DNA of 64,000 nt from Octopus sinensis (GCF_006345805.1 NC_042999.1:26660001-26724000); one strand, 5' to 3'. Positions 40,203 to 52,829 are shown, numbered from the stretch's first letter. Translations and numbers: made by a program. The notes: generated by a model not told the origin, from the sequence alone.

Positions 40203-40205
<3 letters not shown>
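39929..40205. repeat. Inverted dimer of one end of the ~500-bp element, between (TAA)n and (TTA)n tracts
   Basis: Arms of ~115 bp: gatgctctgatgcagtacc...gctgcagcaaat / atttgctgtagcc...ggtactgcatcagggcat. Confidence 0.85.
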
Positions 40206-40289
<84 letters not shown>

Positions 40290-40369
40290 TATTATCATCA
40301 TTATCATTATTATCATCATCATCATTATTATTATTATTATTATTATTATCATTATTATTATTATCATCA

Positions 40370-40408
<39 letters not shown>

Positions 40409-40420
40409 TATTATTATTAT

Positions 40421-40473
<53 letters not shown>

Positions 40474-40519
40474 CCAGCAGCAGTATTAGTAGTAGTAGAA
40501 GTAGTAATAGTAGTAGTGA

Positions 40520-41010
40520 GTCAGTGAGAGAGTAGTGCATGCAATGAGAATTACACTGAGGTAAAATGTACGAAACCCAGTTTACCCATTACGGCTACAC
40601 GTTTGATAAGGGTACACTAAGCACATGCTTAACAAACAGTGCAACATAGTAATCTCATATCAAGATAAACAGCGCATGACCTTGCAGGTGGGGCCCAGTT
40701 AGAATTTTCTTCAGGATGAGTGACCCTTCTAGCTCAAAAGGTCCCTGAATAAGAGATGTTTAAGGATGTTGAACAATACACCCATGTTTCCAAAGGAGAA
40801 TTATCCAATCCCAAAACATTTCCACTCAACATCTGGCTTTGATGCTATCCCACTACTTCTGCTCATGATCAGAGATGCACATATCGTCAGCAACTAAGGG
40901 GCATGGTCAACTGGTTAGGGTCAAGCAACTGCCAAAGAATCTTTTTGTATACCAAGACAAAACAATATACATAAAAACTCTTCCAATCAGTGAAGATCAG
41001 AAGCCAAGAG
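40520..41010. mobile_element. ~500-bp element associated with (TAA)n
   Basis: Collinear with 41790-42290 and 33640-34135; follows a (TTA)n/(TAG)n tract. Confidence 0.85.
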
Positions 41011-41029
41011 AGCCATAGCCTCTTGATAT

Positions 41030-41200
41030 TGGAAATGGTTTCATCCATTCTTCAGGTTGACCCTCCAGTTCGTGGCCAAGTTAGTCTTGCACTACCAGAA
41101 TAGCACTCTCAGTATCTTTTTTCAGTGCCCCTGTCTTCAGCCATTCCCACCTATTTTTCCTGCAACTTCTGTTGTGGTTCGTTGGAATTAAGTGTGTAGT
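41030..41200 (-). mobile_element. R4/Dong-like LINE fragment
   Basis: Degenerate LH.QF.R.T.EVAG..W..G.LKK..S.I motif, abutting (TTA)n. Confidence 0.5.
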
Positions 41201-41277
41201 CCTTTCTTGCACAATTATTCTTCATGTCCTTTTTTCACTTCTTCCTTTGTTTTTCCTTATTCCTTTATTATTATTAC

Positions 41278-41342
<65 letters not shown>

Positions 41343-41392
41343 TATTATTATTATTATTATGATCATTGTCGTCAGTGTTATTATCATTAAGG

Positions 41393-41604
41393 TCATTAGC
41401 TAGCAGAATCATTAGCATATGAAATGCTTAGTGGAATTTCGTTTGTCTTTAAACTCTGAGTTCAAATTCTAATGAGCCTGAATTTGCCTTTCATCGTTTC
41501 AGGGTTTCAGGGTCATTAAAATAATTAGCAATTCAGTGATAGAGTCAATGTAATTGACTCACTGTCTCACATAGATTTCAGGCCTTGTGCAAATGGTAGA
41601 AAGA

Positions 41605-41605
<1 letters not shown>
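41393..41605 (+). mobile_element. Degenerate tRNA-derived SINE
   Basis: GCTAGCAGAATCATTAGC..CTGAGTTCAAATTC..TTTGCCTTTCATC..GGCCTTGTGC. Confidence 0.65.
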
Positions 41606-41689
<84 letters not shown>

Positions 41690-41713
41690 TATTATTAATA
41701 TTATTATTATTAA

Positions 41714-41750
<37 letters not shown>

Positions 41751-41789
41751 GCTACTATTATTATTATTATTATTAGTATTGGTGAGTGA

Positions 41790-42290
41790 GTGAGAGAGCA
41801 GTGCATGCCATCAAAGTGACACTGGGCTAAAGTATACGAAACCCAGTTTACCCATCATGACTACCCGTCTGATAAGAGAATACTAGACACATGCATCACA
41901 ACCATTTGTACGCAATCAGAATTTTCTTCTGGTCGAGTATCCCATCCCGTTCAAAAGGTCTCTGAATAAGGGTTGTTTAAGGATGTTGAACGAAACAGCC
42001 ATGTTTCCAGAAGTGAATTATTTAAACCCCAAAGAATCCCTCTCAACACATGGCTATGATGCTCCCCCACTATTTCTGTTCGTGATCAAAGTTGCACATA
42101 TCGTCAGCCATAAAGGAACATGCTCAACTGTTTAAGGTGAAACAACTAACAAGCAAATCTGTGGTATTGAGCAGAATATTTGCTGTAGCCCATCTTTTGT
42201 ACCAAGACAAAACAACGTACATGATAACACTTCCAATTAGTTAAGATCAGAAGCCACGAGAGCCACTGCCTGGTACTGCATCAGGGCATC
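41790..42290. mobile_element. ~500-bp element flanked by (TTA)n on both sides
   Basis: Termini GTGAGTGAGAGAGCAGTGCATGCC and GGTACTGCATCAGGGCATC. Confidence 0.85.
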
Positions 42291-42310
42291 TATTATTATT
42301 ATTATTTTTA

Positions 42311-42366
<56 letters not shown>

Positions 42367-42382
42367 GTTGTTGTTGTTGTTA

Positions 42383-43600
42383 TAGACATTGCACATTATA
42401 CAATATCGTGAGGTTGTTGATTGAAGATATTTATCTACCTTGAGTTTGTACTGTTTGTCAAGTCACAAAAAGAACCTCAGACAGACAGTACTTTACTTTT
42501 AGGTGTATGTTGGTACCAAGCCCTCATAACCTCATATCCATACGTACGGCATCGTAGCCAGCTTGAGGTTTTTGGCCACTTTGTCGTGTCTACGCTTGTA
42601 TTCTTTCTGCACAAGACTTTCTCAATCACTTAGCAATGTGAATCATGCTTTCGACCCTCTTCCCACACATTCTGCAGAGGTCCGATACACTTCAGTGGTA
42701 TATAGTCTATCTCACTGAGTTGGTATTCAATACCTGGTCCTGGGCCGCGATGATTAGGCTTTCAGTATTCCTTTTTAGGTCACCCTTCAGGAGCCATCTC
42801 CATGATGCTCCTTGGTCTTTTAATTTGTTGACAATTTCATACGGAGTAGAACTTCTTTTCTCTCGTTGGCTGTTCTTGTTCGGAATTCATGAGCACTCCC
42901 GAGTTCATTTTTGTTATCTCACTCTACACTAGCAGCATACTGTAGCAGGTCTTCTTTGCATAAATATTCTGCCATATATCTTCTTTCAATGTTGATGCAC
43001 TCCTGTACGCTAATCAGCCCACGCCTACCCTTACTTCCCTTCATGTATAGCCTGTGTAGATTTGCGTTAGGGTAGAGGGTAGCATGCATTGTCATTGTTT
43101 TTCGGGTAGTGCGATGGATTTTATCAATCTCCACTTGTGTCCATCTCAGGATGGGTGTACTATAGCGGATTACAGTGACAGTACATATGTTGATGGCATT
43201 TCCAAGGTTCCTTTAGTTGAGTTTTGGTTTCAAGAGAAGTTCGAGGCGCTTGAAATATGCAGTGATGACCTTGTCTTTCATTTCTCTATGCAAGATATTG
43301 ACAAGCTCGAGGATCCTAAAATATTTGTACCCATCATCATCCGGGTCTTCCATTCTCTCTCCGTTTGGCAATTTTATGTCCCTAAAATGTACTCTTTTAC
43401 CCCTCTTCAAAGTAAGCCCCGCACACTTCGAGATACCGAATCCCATTCCTATATTATTCCTGCACATTTGCACAGTCTCAACTAGTTTTTCCGTTTCAGG
43501 ATCTGTTTTTTTCCGAACAGTTTTGAACCATCCATGAAGAGAAGGTTGTTGAAACGAGGTCCGTTCTGTCTCAGCTCATATTGCACGTTGATTTTACGTG
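42383..43600 (-). mobile_element. 5'-truncated R4/Dong-clade LINE (RT C-terminus and CCHC knuckle) inserted in (TAA)n
   Basis: NNLLFMDG.KLF, IGMGFGISKCAGLTLKRGK, YKYF.ILE, LYM..S.GRRGLISV, CRMCG..ES..H..QKEYKRRHDKVA; ends GTGCAATGTCTA followed by (CAA/TAA)n. Confidence 0.9.
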
Positions 43601-43636
43601 AGACTGTTATTATTATTATTATCATTATTATTATTA

Positions 43637-43678
<42 letters not shown>

Positions 43679-43699
43679 TATTATTATTATTATTATTTA

Positions 43700-43870
43700 G
43701 TGGGAACGCAGTGCATGCCATCAAAGTGGTACAAATATACGAAAGCCCAACATACACATTATGACTACCTTTCTTGTAAAGCTACGCTAGGTACATGCAT
43801 CACAACAATAAGTGCACGATATGGTGACCTCATATCAAGATAAACCGCGCATGATTTTTCAGGTGGGCCC
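43700..43870. mobile_element. Partial copy of the ~500-bp element
   Basis: GCAGTGCATGCCATCAAAGTG..CTCATATCAAGATAAACCGCGCATGA after (TTA)n. Confidence 0.75.
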
Positions 43871-45029
43871 TGTTTGCTGTACTTAGCTATTTCATCGTCA
43901 ATTTCGCGAGCAGGCTGTTGACTTCATGAGATCAAATGGTACCCGCTTCGTTGTAACCGACACAGGGTCAGCTGTATGTGTTTGCATGTGTCCATGTTTG
44001 TTCTTCGACACTGTTAGATAACTAGGGTTGCCGCGTTTACTTCCCAGTAACAGCTATTTGCTGAAAGAGAACGATGGTAATAAGTATGGTCGATTCTTTC
44101 GAGTAAAATTCCTGAAGTCGATATTCCAACATGGCTGTGCTCTAATGATCGGAGTCAGCAAAATATATTATATGGGATTTCAGGTAAGTTAGAGTATAAT
44201 TGCTTATTTCGCCTTTACATGTCGAATTCTAGATAAAAATTTAAGAGTGAATGGATAAAATAATAGAAAATAATATGAAACATTTCTTTGTGTTTCTATG
44301 GTCGCTAATTTGATTTGTATAACGTGTATCTCCAATGGCTGTTGAAGGTTTTCCTTGTCTGTTGCCATTTATACGGTTTGTATATGTGAATATATGTGAG
44401 CGTGTATTCTGTTGATGTGTGTTTGATTGTGTATGAGTGCCTTTGTATGTATGTGTGTTGTGTGCATGTGTGTGTATGTGTGTGTGTGCACTTGCGTGTC
44501 TGTGTCAACCTGTTAAAAGGCATGTTCGTCAGTATCCCATTTTCTCTTGGAACGCTAATGTTTCGAGGCTTCTATATTTGATTTCTAAGACAATGGCTAT
44601 TGTGGTTGTTAGATTTCTCTGTCTAAGAACTTATTTAATCGTTTTCTGTGTCTCTGAGTCTGCTGAAATATGTTGACCTGTGTATTTATGTGTACGTGCT
44701 TTAACATTGTTATCGCGTAGTGGTTGGTGGTTGAAACAACTCTGCAGATTGCTAAACCAGTCGAGGTTAGTCTGACGTGGAATTAGAAAAAAAGTGCATT
44801 TTGTTGTGTTATTGACCTGTTTTAGGCAGGAAACTGATTGAATTAATGTATAGTTACTGAGAAAACAGTCAGAACTTATCTTAATGGAGAAAATACGTTA
44901 TAATTTAAAGGACAGGAATGTATCTTACTGCCTTTCCCAATTTTATGTAAAAGTTGCTAGTCTGACATTCTGGAATTTTAGGAGGTATTTTCAAATGTTA
45001 GGGTATCAATAAATTAAGTCTTTGTTTTT

Positions 45030-45400
45030 ATTCAACGTTAGCACAGGCTCTCGAGCATGACAACAGCAACGCAAGTTGGCGTCGTACTGTGTCGCCATTA
45101 GTGGGTCGCTGTCCACTGTCAATGATCTCGTGAGCTGTCGCGCTAACCGGAGTGCAGCGATCACGGAGGTGTTGCGGGTGGATGAAGCGTTCCGGCCTGA
45201 GCGTTATCACCCGGGACGACCTCTGCGTGCACGATTTACAGTGCTGTTGGTTTTGTAATGCTGTTACAGGCGATAGATGGTGCTGGCAAGAACATTGTAA
45301 GCTGTCGAAGCAACCAGAGCACTCTACCCTGCTTGCAATCAGCCGATAGATTGTTCTCTGTGCGTTGCTGATAATCGGGTCATACCGTATACGTCTAAAT
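45030..45400 (-). mobile_element. Tc1 transposase N-terminal (paired-like HTH) remnant
   Basis: Across stops and frameshifts: MTRLSATHREQSIG*LQAG..YNVLASTIYRL..NRARRGRP.RVITL..HLRDR..TVRRQL. Confidence 0.75.
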
Positions 45401-45783
45401 TACAAATGCCAGGAACGCGATTCAAGTTGATTTTTAATCCCATGACCTCTACGAGATGAACATACATTTCGGTTTTCATGACAATTGTTTGCAACAGCCA
45501 CCCACGGCATTCAACGCAGCTACGTTTAGCCATTAACCAGAATGTCTTGGAATCTTTTATTCTTATAGCTTTTAGAATAACATCCTACACCATAATTATT
45601 AATAATGTCAGTGTAAGCCCATTTTAGAAGCTTCTTGATTGCTTGCAAGAAAGCAATATACAGAAATTAAATAGACAAGTTCATTCCTTCAGTTTAAAAT
45701 CGCAAAATACAAACACGTTAGCAAACTCTAAGAGACAAGAAAATGTTTTGGACAGAGAAAGTTGTACACTATGTATCAAATAC

Positions 45784-45855
45784 CTGGAACGAACTAATAG
45801 CATGATAATATTCCCACAAATACTAGAGCCAATGAAGAATACAGAGCTTAGAAGT
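45784..45855 (-). CDS. Candidate 72-nt internal exon encoding a TM-like peptide (LLSSVFFIGSSICGNIIMLLVRS)
   Basis: Acceptor TTTCATTGCTTTTTTTTCAG and donor CAG|GTATTT; symmetric phase 2; only one frame is open. Confidence 0.3.
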
Positions 45856-47389
45856 CTGAAAAAAAAGCAATGAAACATATGGTAGCGTTCCAACGTAGAC
45901 ACTTAGATACACAGTTACACACACACAAATACTTTGTAGCAGAAAGAAACCCTACAATACACAAACAACTGTTAATGTATTTTCTGAAAGTCGATATCCA
46001 GGAACTTATTCAATATGCTTCACCTTCGGTTAGCTATGCAATCTTCTAAACATCTCCGGTTAAAAACCTGGTTGTCACAGTAGATCAGATAAATGGGTAA
46101 ATAGGGATAGATATGCAGATCAATTATGATTACGGAGTTCTAAACTGGTTTTAAAATAAAAATGTAATTTTAAATTAAACAGATATATATAAAACATTCA
46201 AATTATGAAGTCATAAATGAAGGCCTCACTCCTTCCATTATATGATTTTCTTATAAACTTGAAGAACACATCGGATGTTGAACAGAAAAGTATAGAGTCT
46301 AAGTAAACTTATATCGAAGATTAGTGCTCTTTGAAGCTTATTCATGTAAGTCAAATTTTTCCTTAAATCTTTCCTTGTCCCATCGTTTTTAACCAGTGTC
46401 TATAGCACAGAAAATATAAAGAAATGAAGATTTAAAGATATTTAACATATAGGACAATGTGGAATGATTGACATTTTAATTTCCATTTAAATGTTCGCTA
46501 TATAATATAATGACAAAGTCATTGCTATTCCAAGTAATCTTCATAATTGAATCGTTGTATGATTCGGCACAAACCTACTTCACTTCGATTTCGACAAGAT
46601 ATACATTTCTTTCGAATAATCATGATGCAAAGTAGCTCTGATTGAACATTTTTGCGTTGCAGCAAGTAATTTTCGTAGGAATTTATATCGTATGTTGTAA
46701 TGTAATCCTATTGTTTGATTTGAAAGTTTGTAGATAAACATTGAGATATATTAAGGTATACACGAAATTGCTTTATGAAGAACCGGAAATCACAAACAAT
46801 GCAACCATTGAAATGCGAGCAACCGACGTTAGCTTTGTTGTATTTCTCAAAATCTAATTAGGTTTGTATGAATCTTTTCAAAACTCTCAATTCCTTCCGT
46901 TAGGAAGTGATAACAGATATTGCAAAGCTAGATAGATTCTTTGTGTCTATTTGGAGATATGTCTATTATCTCACCCTATCTTTATATATTTAACAAATGA
47001 TTGCTAATTAACTGTTAATACATAACCCAATGTTGTTTTGTTTTATATTTTTCTTCGTAACCTAATGCACTCAACGACTATTTACGTGCATTTATACTTC
47101 ATACATAGTTTCGTTCCTCTATTCTAAACGTTGCTTCTAATATCCTCAGCATCTAAAAACTATTTTCCATAGAATTATTTTCTTTTAAATTGTTTTTGGT
47201 AACAACTTATTAATTCTTTGTTTCATATCATTACTATATTATCAGGAAACGGGTATTACTTTACTTATAATACTAGATTTACTTTAGATTAGAAGAAAAT
47301 AAATGGAAGCTGTTCTTTTAGTCGTTGAAATTTGTGTTATAATGAAGATTGGCTATTTATGAAACTTACCGTAAGTGGGCTTGTGACCT

Positions 47390-48380
47390 TGACGTGTGCG
47401 TGTGTGCATTTGTAGGTGTGTGGAGGATGGTGTGGGTGTTGGGAAGTGGTCAGTGCTAGTGTGCGCTAGGTGGTGTGATGTGGTGCGGGGTAGGAAAGGC
47501 GAGAGTGGGGAAGCAAAGGTGGGGTCTAATTTATGGGGTGGGGGTAGGATGGTATGTATAGCGATGGTGGGTTTGGAATGTGTAGGGGTAGGGTAACGAG
47601 GGAGGGGTGACGATGAAGGGAGTTGGTGGAATGGAGAAAATGGGTAGGAATGAAGAAATGATGTACGTGCCAGGGCAAAAGAGGAGATATGGGTGGGAGA
47701 AAATATGTGTGAGAGGAAGAGAGGATAGAAGAGGAGCGTTAGATGAAGAGGGGAGGAGAGTTGAGCCCTTGTGATGCAAAGGAGCGAAGAGAAAAGATTA
47801 ATCCCTGCTCACGGCGAAGACGGGAATCCGTTTGGGCCCCTGTGCAAGGACAATCCGAACACACACAGGTGTTGTAGAGACTGAGCCATAGTGCGGAAAT
47901 GGCCTGAGACCGGGATGTCATTGCCGAGTCTGATACCTCGGAGGTATTCCGTGAACCGGTCGGCTAAGTGGCGTCCCGTCTGACCGATGTATAGAAAGGG
48001 ACAGAGAATGAGCTAGTGATGCAGTAGATGATGTTGTTAGAAGTTAAGTAGAAGGAGTCAGTGATATTATAGGGTCGATGACGGGTGCCTGTGAGAAGGG
48101 TGGGGTTAGAGAGGTAAGGGCAGGTGCGGTAGCGAGGGCGGAATCAGGGGAACGAACCTGGTTGGGAGGTTGGGTTAGGGAAGAAGCTCTGGACCAAGAG
48201 GTCTCGTAGGTTATGGGCTCGTTTGCACGAGAGATCAGTTAGGGAAGATGTGCGAAGTGGAGGGGTCGGACAGGAGTGGGTGGTAGGTGATGCAATTCGT
48301 AAAAGTCCGTCTTTTACAAAGATGTATAAAGGTTGATCAATTCTATATGCTACGCCTGACACATTGGGCGTTCGTCTGGT
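47390..48380 (-). mobile_element. Penelope-like element 3' part: GIY-YIG endonuclease and pyrimidine-rich tail
   Basis: KRAHNLRDLLVQS..PGSFP..RTCPY..NIIYCI..YIGQTGRHLADRFTEYLR..HF..RLRREQGLIFSLRSFASQGLNSPPLFI*. Confidence 0.9.
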
Positions 48381-48729
48381 ATGTTGATTTTTTTCATTTT
48401 TATATATCTTGAATTATGCTTCCACTAAGGATTAACAAGTGCATTTATGCACTAATTATTAAATCGTATAATATGCAGCTTAATTCTGTTTTTAAGGGGC
48501 TCGCTTCGAGAGTTGCATTCCCTCGTATTCGGTACAACGTATTTATTTATTTTGGTAGTTTTGACTTTAAGAGTCCCTCCTAGCGTGTGGCATTTATGTA
48601 TAGTTATGCCCTCAAAATAAATAAATATATTTAAGAGGAAAAATTGATAGATTTTTTCCCTTCTGAGGTTTATCACGCTAACTACTTGATAAATTCTAAT
48701 AAGGTTTTTATCCAAAAATTAAATTATAT

Positions 48730-48806
<77 letters not shown>

Positions 48807-48880
48807 AATATTAGGGAATAAATCCAAATTTACAGGGAAAAAATCAGATTTAGGATTAAATCGATTTTATAGTAAAATAT

Positions 48881-49198
48881 TATAAAATATTATTCGGGAC
48901 AAAACCACTATTTTGCAAAACAAACAAGGAAAGACTTAATCAATACATAAAATTTTAATAAATAGTCAAAAAAACCGCCACTACAATCGTTTCTTGTCTT
49001 GATCGACAATCTTCAGGTGGACTTCCAATTTACAATTCAGTGTCGACACTGAATTGTAAATTGGAAGTCCACCTGAAGATTGTCGATCAAGACAAGAAAC
49101 GATTGTAGTGGCGGTTTTTTTGACTATTTATTAAAATTTTATGTATTGATTAAGTCTTTCCTTGTTTGTTTTGCAAAATAGTGGTTTTGTCTCGAATA

Positions 49199-49208
<10 letters not shown>
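48881..49208. repeat. 328-bp spacerless palindrome (164-bp arms, one mismatch)
   Basis: Centre GTC|GAC at 49044/49045. The arms are exact reverse complements except GGGAC vs GTCTC near the outer ends. Confidence 0.95.
49069..49111 (+). ncRNA. Minimal type-I hammerhead ribozyme (family C); mirror copy on minus strand at 48978-49020
   Basis: CCAC-CUGAAGA-UUGUC-GAUCAA-GACAA-GAAA-C-GAUU-GUA-GUGG. All core nucleotides are present and all three stems pair. Confidence 0.8.
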
Positions 49209-49282
<74 letters not shown>

Positions 49283-49826
49283 AGAGATAAAACTACTCTT
49301 ATGCAACTCAAACAGTGAGAGAAATAAAGCAATACATAAATAACAAATAATATATATTTTATAAATCATATAACTTATAACTAGATCTCAAAAAGTACAA
49401 AATGAATGATCAATATATAATATAATAAGTAAACAAACTACGTACGTTTCATGGCTACAATTAAATTCGAATAATAATTAAGTTTAAATTCAATTGAAAT
49501 AAATTCAATTTAAAATTATATTCAATCTTCAGGTTAAAGATAATTGTTAAATAAATAAGCAAATAGAGTTAAACAATTTTTATTTGAGAAATAAATAAAA
49601 TAATAATTGTTCTTATAGAAAAAACTCCATTAACTAAATTGGAAACTTAAAATATTAGATTATTTCCTACAACACGTTTATTATGTTAAATATTTAATTT
49701 TTATATATACATATACATCCGACGAGGGATTCGTAGAAGATACTCGCACAAGGCGGCACGCAGTGGAATTGAAACCTGAACCATGATGTTGGGAAGCAGC
49801 TTTTTATCGCACTAGCACGCCTACGC

Positions 49827-49894
<68 letters not shown>

Positions 49895-50088
49895 GTGGGG
49901 GCAGATGTATTTATACATGAATTTTCATCGTTTGTTTTACACTCGTGGTTTTCTCTCTATTTAAAAGTACATAAGAACATATACTTTGTAGTTCTAGCCT
50001 AATTGGTTTTTATTGGTTTATTTGCATCACTATCTCTGTGTAAGTATTTAATAATATTTGTACACAAATATACATGTATATGTATATA

Positions 50089-51324
50089 TTAGGCTGGCAA
50101 CTAAGTCTCCACTATTTCTTTAAATTTAAATTTTTTAAAGGTTTAATAAAAAATGACAACTAATTAATCAATAATGTATTAACCCTTGTTGTTTACAACT
50201 TCCTTCCAACGTTCAACAAGATTTTTAATACCTCGTTGATAGAAATCACCCGATTTCGACTCGAAAAATTGATCTAACCAAGCTCTCAATCCTGCATCAG
50301 TATTTAACGAAACTACGCGCATAGCATTTGAAAAGGATTGAAAGTGGTGGAAATCCGTTGGTGCCAAACCAGGAGAGAACGGCGGGTGTGACAGCATTTC
50401 CTAGCCATGCATTTGAAGGCCTTTCTTGGTCATATTGGTGATATGAATGAGGGCGTTGTCGTGCAGCAGAACTCTATGCTGACGATTAGGAATTTTCTCT
50501 TGAATAGCCGTGTTGAGTGGTTTCATCTGTTGAAAACAGAATTCCTCGTTAACCATTTGGTTCCGTTCAAGCAAATCGTAATGGATAATTCCGTCCCAGT
50601 CCAAACATACGCACAACATCGCTTCAAGCGGTTGAAGATCTTGTTTCACGCGCAGTGTCGCTTGTTTACTGGGTCTAAGCCATTCCTTGCGCTGCTTTAT
50701 ATTGATGTACAGGCACGATTATTCGCCGCCATTAACGATTCGGTTAAGAAATCGTTGCTTGTGTCCATGAATTGAGCGGTGACAAATAAGCACACCAGCG
50801 GAGATTTTTGGCTCGTTGAATTTTGCATACGGAACACATGCTCCATATTTCTGCACCTTTCCCATCGCGTGAAGATGCTTCTCTATAGCAGTGTTGGCGC
50901 ATTCCATTTTCGTGCAAAAATTGGTTTAATCGCTCTTCATCGAACTCAACTCGACGGCCAGAACGAGGTGCGTCATTGGGGTCAAAATTTCCATTCTTGA
51001 ACTTGGCATACTAGTCACGAACGGTTCTTTCAGTTATGGCACCCTTTCCATACACAACACAAATATCGCGAGCAGCTTTTGCGGCCTTAGAACCTTGATT
51101 AAAAGCAAAAAGAAGGAGATGTAAACGCTCGTTTTTCTTAACTTGATATTCCATTTTAATGATCTGAAAATATACAAAAAAATAACTAAAATTAACTACA
51201 AAAAGAAGAAAATATACCAAAATGATTCAAAAATAGAATTCTCGAAAGAAATAGATGCCAACACTTAAAAACGCAATAAATTCCAAAATCAAAAACAAAA
51301 ACGCGGGAACTTAGTTGCCAACCC

Positions 51325-51326
<2 letters not shown>
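50089..51326 (-). mobile_element. Full-length decayed mariner transposon
   Basis: TIRs TTAGGCTGGCAACTAAG / CTTAGTTGCCAACCCTA. Translation: LLFAFNQGSKAAKAARDIC, DAPRSGRPVEFD, LCVCLDWDGIIHY, LLHDNA, HPPFSPGLAPTDFH. Confidence 0.92.
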
Positions 51327-51356
<30 letters not shown>

Positions 51357-51512
51357 AGCAACAAGCAGAAATGCATGCAACATACGCACGCGCACAACAC
51401 ATACACACACACACATGTAGTTATGGAATTATGCATTTTCAAGCAGATACGCAATTGAACCCACCTGACAGTTACAAATTTTGTTTCCTATGTATTTCTT
51501 CGTCTCTCTCTC

Positions 51513-51554
<42 letters not shown>

Positions 51555-52216
51555 TAAGCATATATTTGTTTACGTGTGAGTGTACGTTTATACGCTATAC
51601 TGTTCACTACGGTATATGCACATGTGATTTTGTATTTTTAAAATATTTACATTACCTTTTTTATCGCAGAACAGTCTCAATGAATTACTTCTGCTAAATG
51701 CAATTTGTATCTAGATGCAGGTGCACTGTTAAGTAGTGAATAAAATGCCTTCATGTGTGATTAATCTAATCTAATGATAGACTGTAGCAGAGCAAACTTG
51801 TGCAGTGAAGAAACAAAATTATTGTATTCGTGTTTCTCCACGTTAAAATTTTTTCCTATAACTTTTAAACTCTGAAATATTACACCAAAGAATTTCTCTT
51901 CATATAATTTATATTACCTACAGGTTTATGCTTAAATTTGTTGTTTTTGTGTACCTAATCTTCTTGCCTCGTTTTTACTTATAAATGTAAGCAAAAAAAT
52001 AGTTCACCAGTATTCTAAGCCATTATGATAAACACTTATATTTTTCTACATTCATTTTCAAAAATATGATTACCTAATTATATACTTAATCATTTACCAA
52101 TTTAGTTGTTTGTATTGGGATCAATTTGACAATTTTGAAATTCTATTTTGAATCAGATAAAGTTACAAAAGAGAACAGAACAAAACAAATTAAATTTAGG
52201 TCTTAGAAGATATTTA

Positions 52217-52307
<91 letters not shown>

Positions 52308-52375
52308 ATCTATCTATCTATGTATGTATATGGTGGTTGTCTACTCCTTTTGCAGAGTTTGACCACCTCCTGTAC

Positions 52376-52705
52376 CTACACCTCAGCATCATCGAAGCAT
52401 CTGATGTTGCTTTTTAAACCAGACATTGTTCTGAAAAGACACCCACATAGATTGCACATCCGATTTGGACCACCAAGAGCTGCAGATAAGTTCTGATCTG
52501 TGTGGATCTTAAAATATCTTTTTAGGCGTCCGTTAGATTTGCAAGCTTTCTGGCATACTCTGCATTCAAAGGTGTGCACAGACATATAAGCAGAAGAACT
52601 GGTGGAGGCTCGTTTTCCATGGGTTCGTAAATGAGATTTGAGCCCAGCAAAAGAAAGGCATGGTCTGTCACAAACTGTGCGCACAACAAGTTCATTGTCA
52701 CTCAC
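52376..52705 (-). mobile_element. LINE (probably RTE-type) 3' end encoding three C2H2-like zinc fingers
   Basis: CDRPCLSFAGLKSHLRTH / CRVCQKACKSNGRLKRYFKIH / CNLCGCLFRTMSGLKSNIR; long linkers without TGEKP; followed by a short UTR and a (TACA)/(TAGA)n tail. Confidence 0.55.
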
Positions 52706-52748
52706 CTTCTCATTCGTAGAATTAAGTATAATTACGCTTGTGCGAAAG

Positions 52749-52827
<79 letters not shown>

Positions 52828-52829
52828 AA

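Noticed and set aside
39733-41793. Poly-Ile/poly-Leu ORFs
   Set aside because: Translations of (TTA)n/(TAA)n tracts.
41790-42290. HDV-like ribozyme at the ends of the (TAA)n-associated element
   Set aside because: I could not find the nested P1/P2/P3 pseudoknot or an L3 consensus by eye at either end.
45076-45258. Cytochrome P450-like motifs (TEVLR, FRPERY) in a plus-strand ORF
   Set aside because: The motifs are only a few residues apart rather than ~55, and the opposite strand is a Tc1 transposase remnant.
46240-46410. Minus-strand acceptor followed by HWLKRWDKERFKEKFDLHE*
   Set aside because: The reading needs an assumed frameshift and matches no family I recognise.
46755-46830. Cadherin-like LLYEE..IEMRATD peptide
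   Set aside because: Too short, bounded by stops, no DxNDNxP motif and no convincing acceptor.
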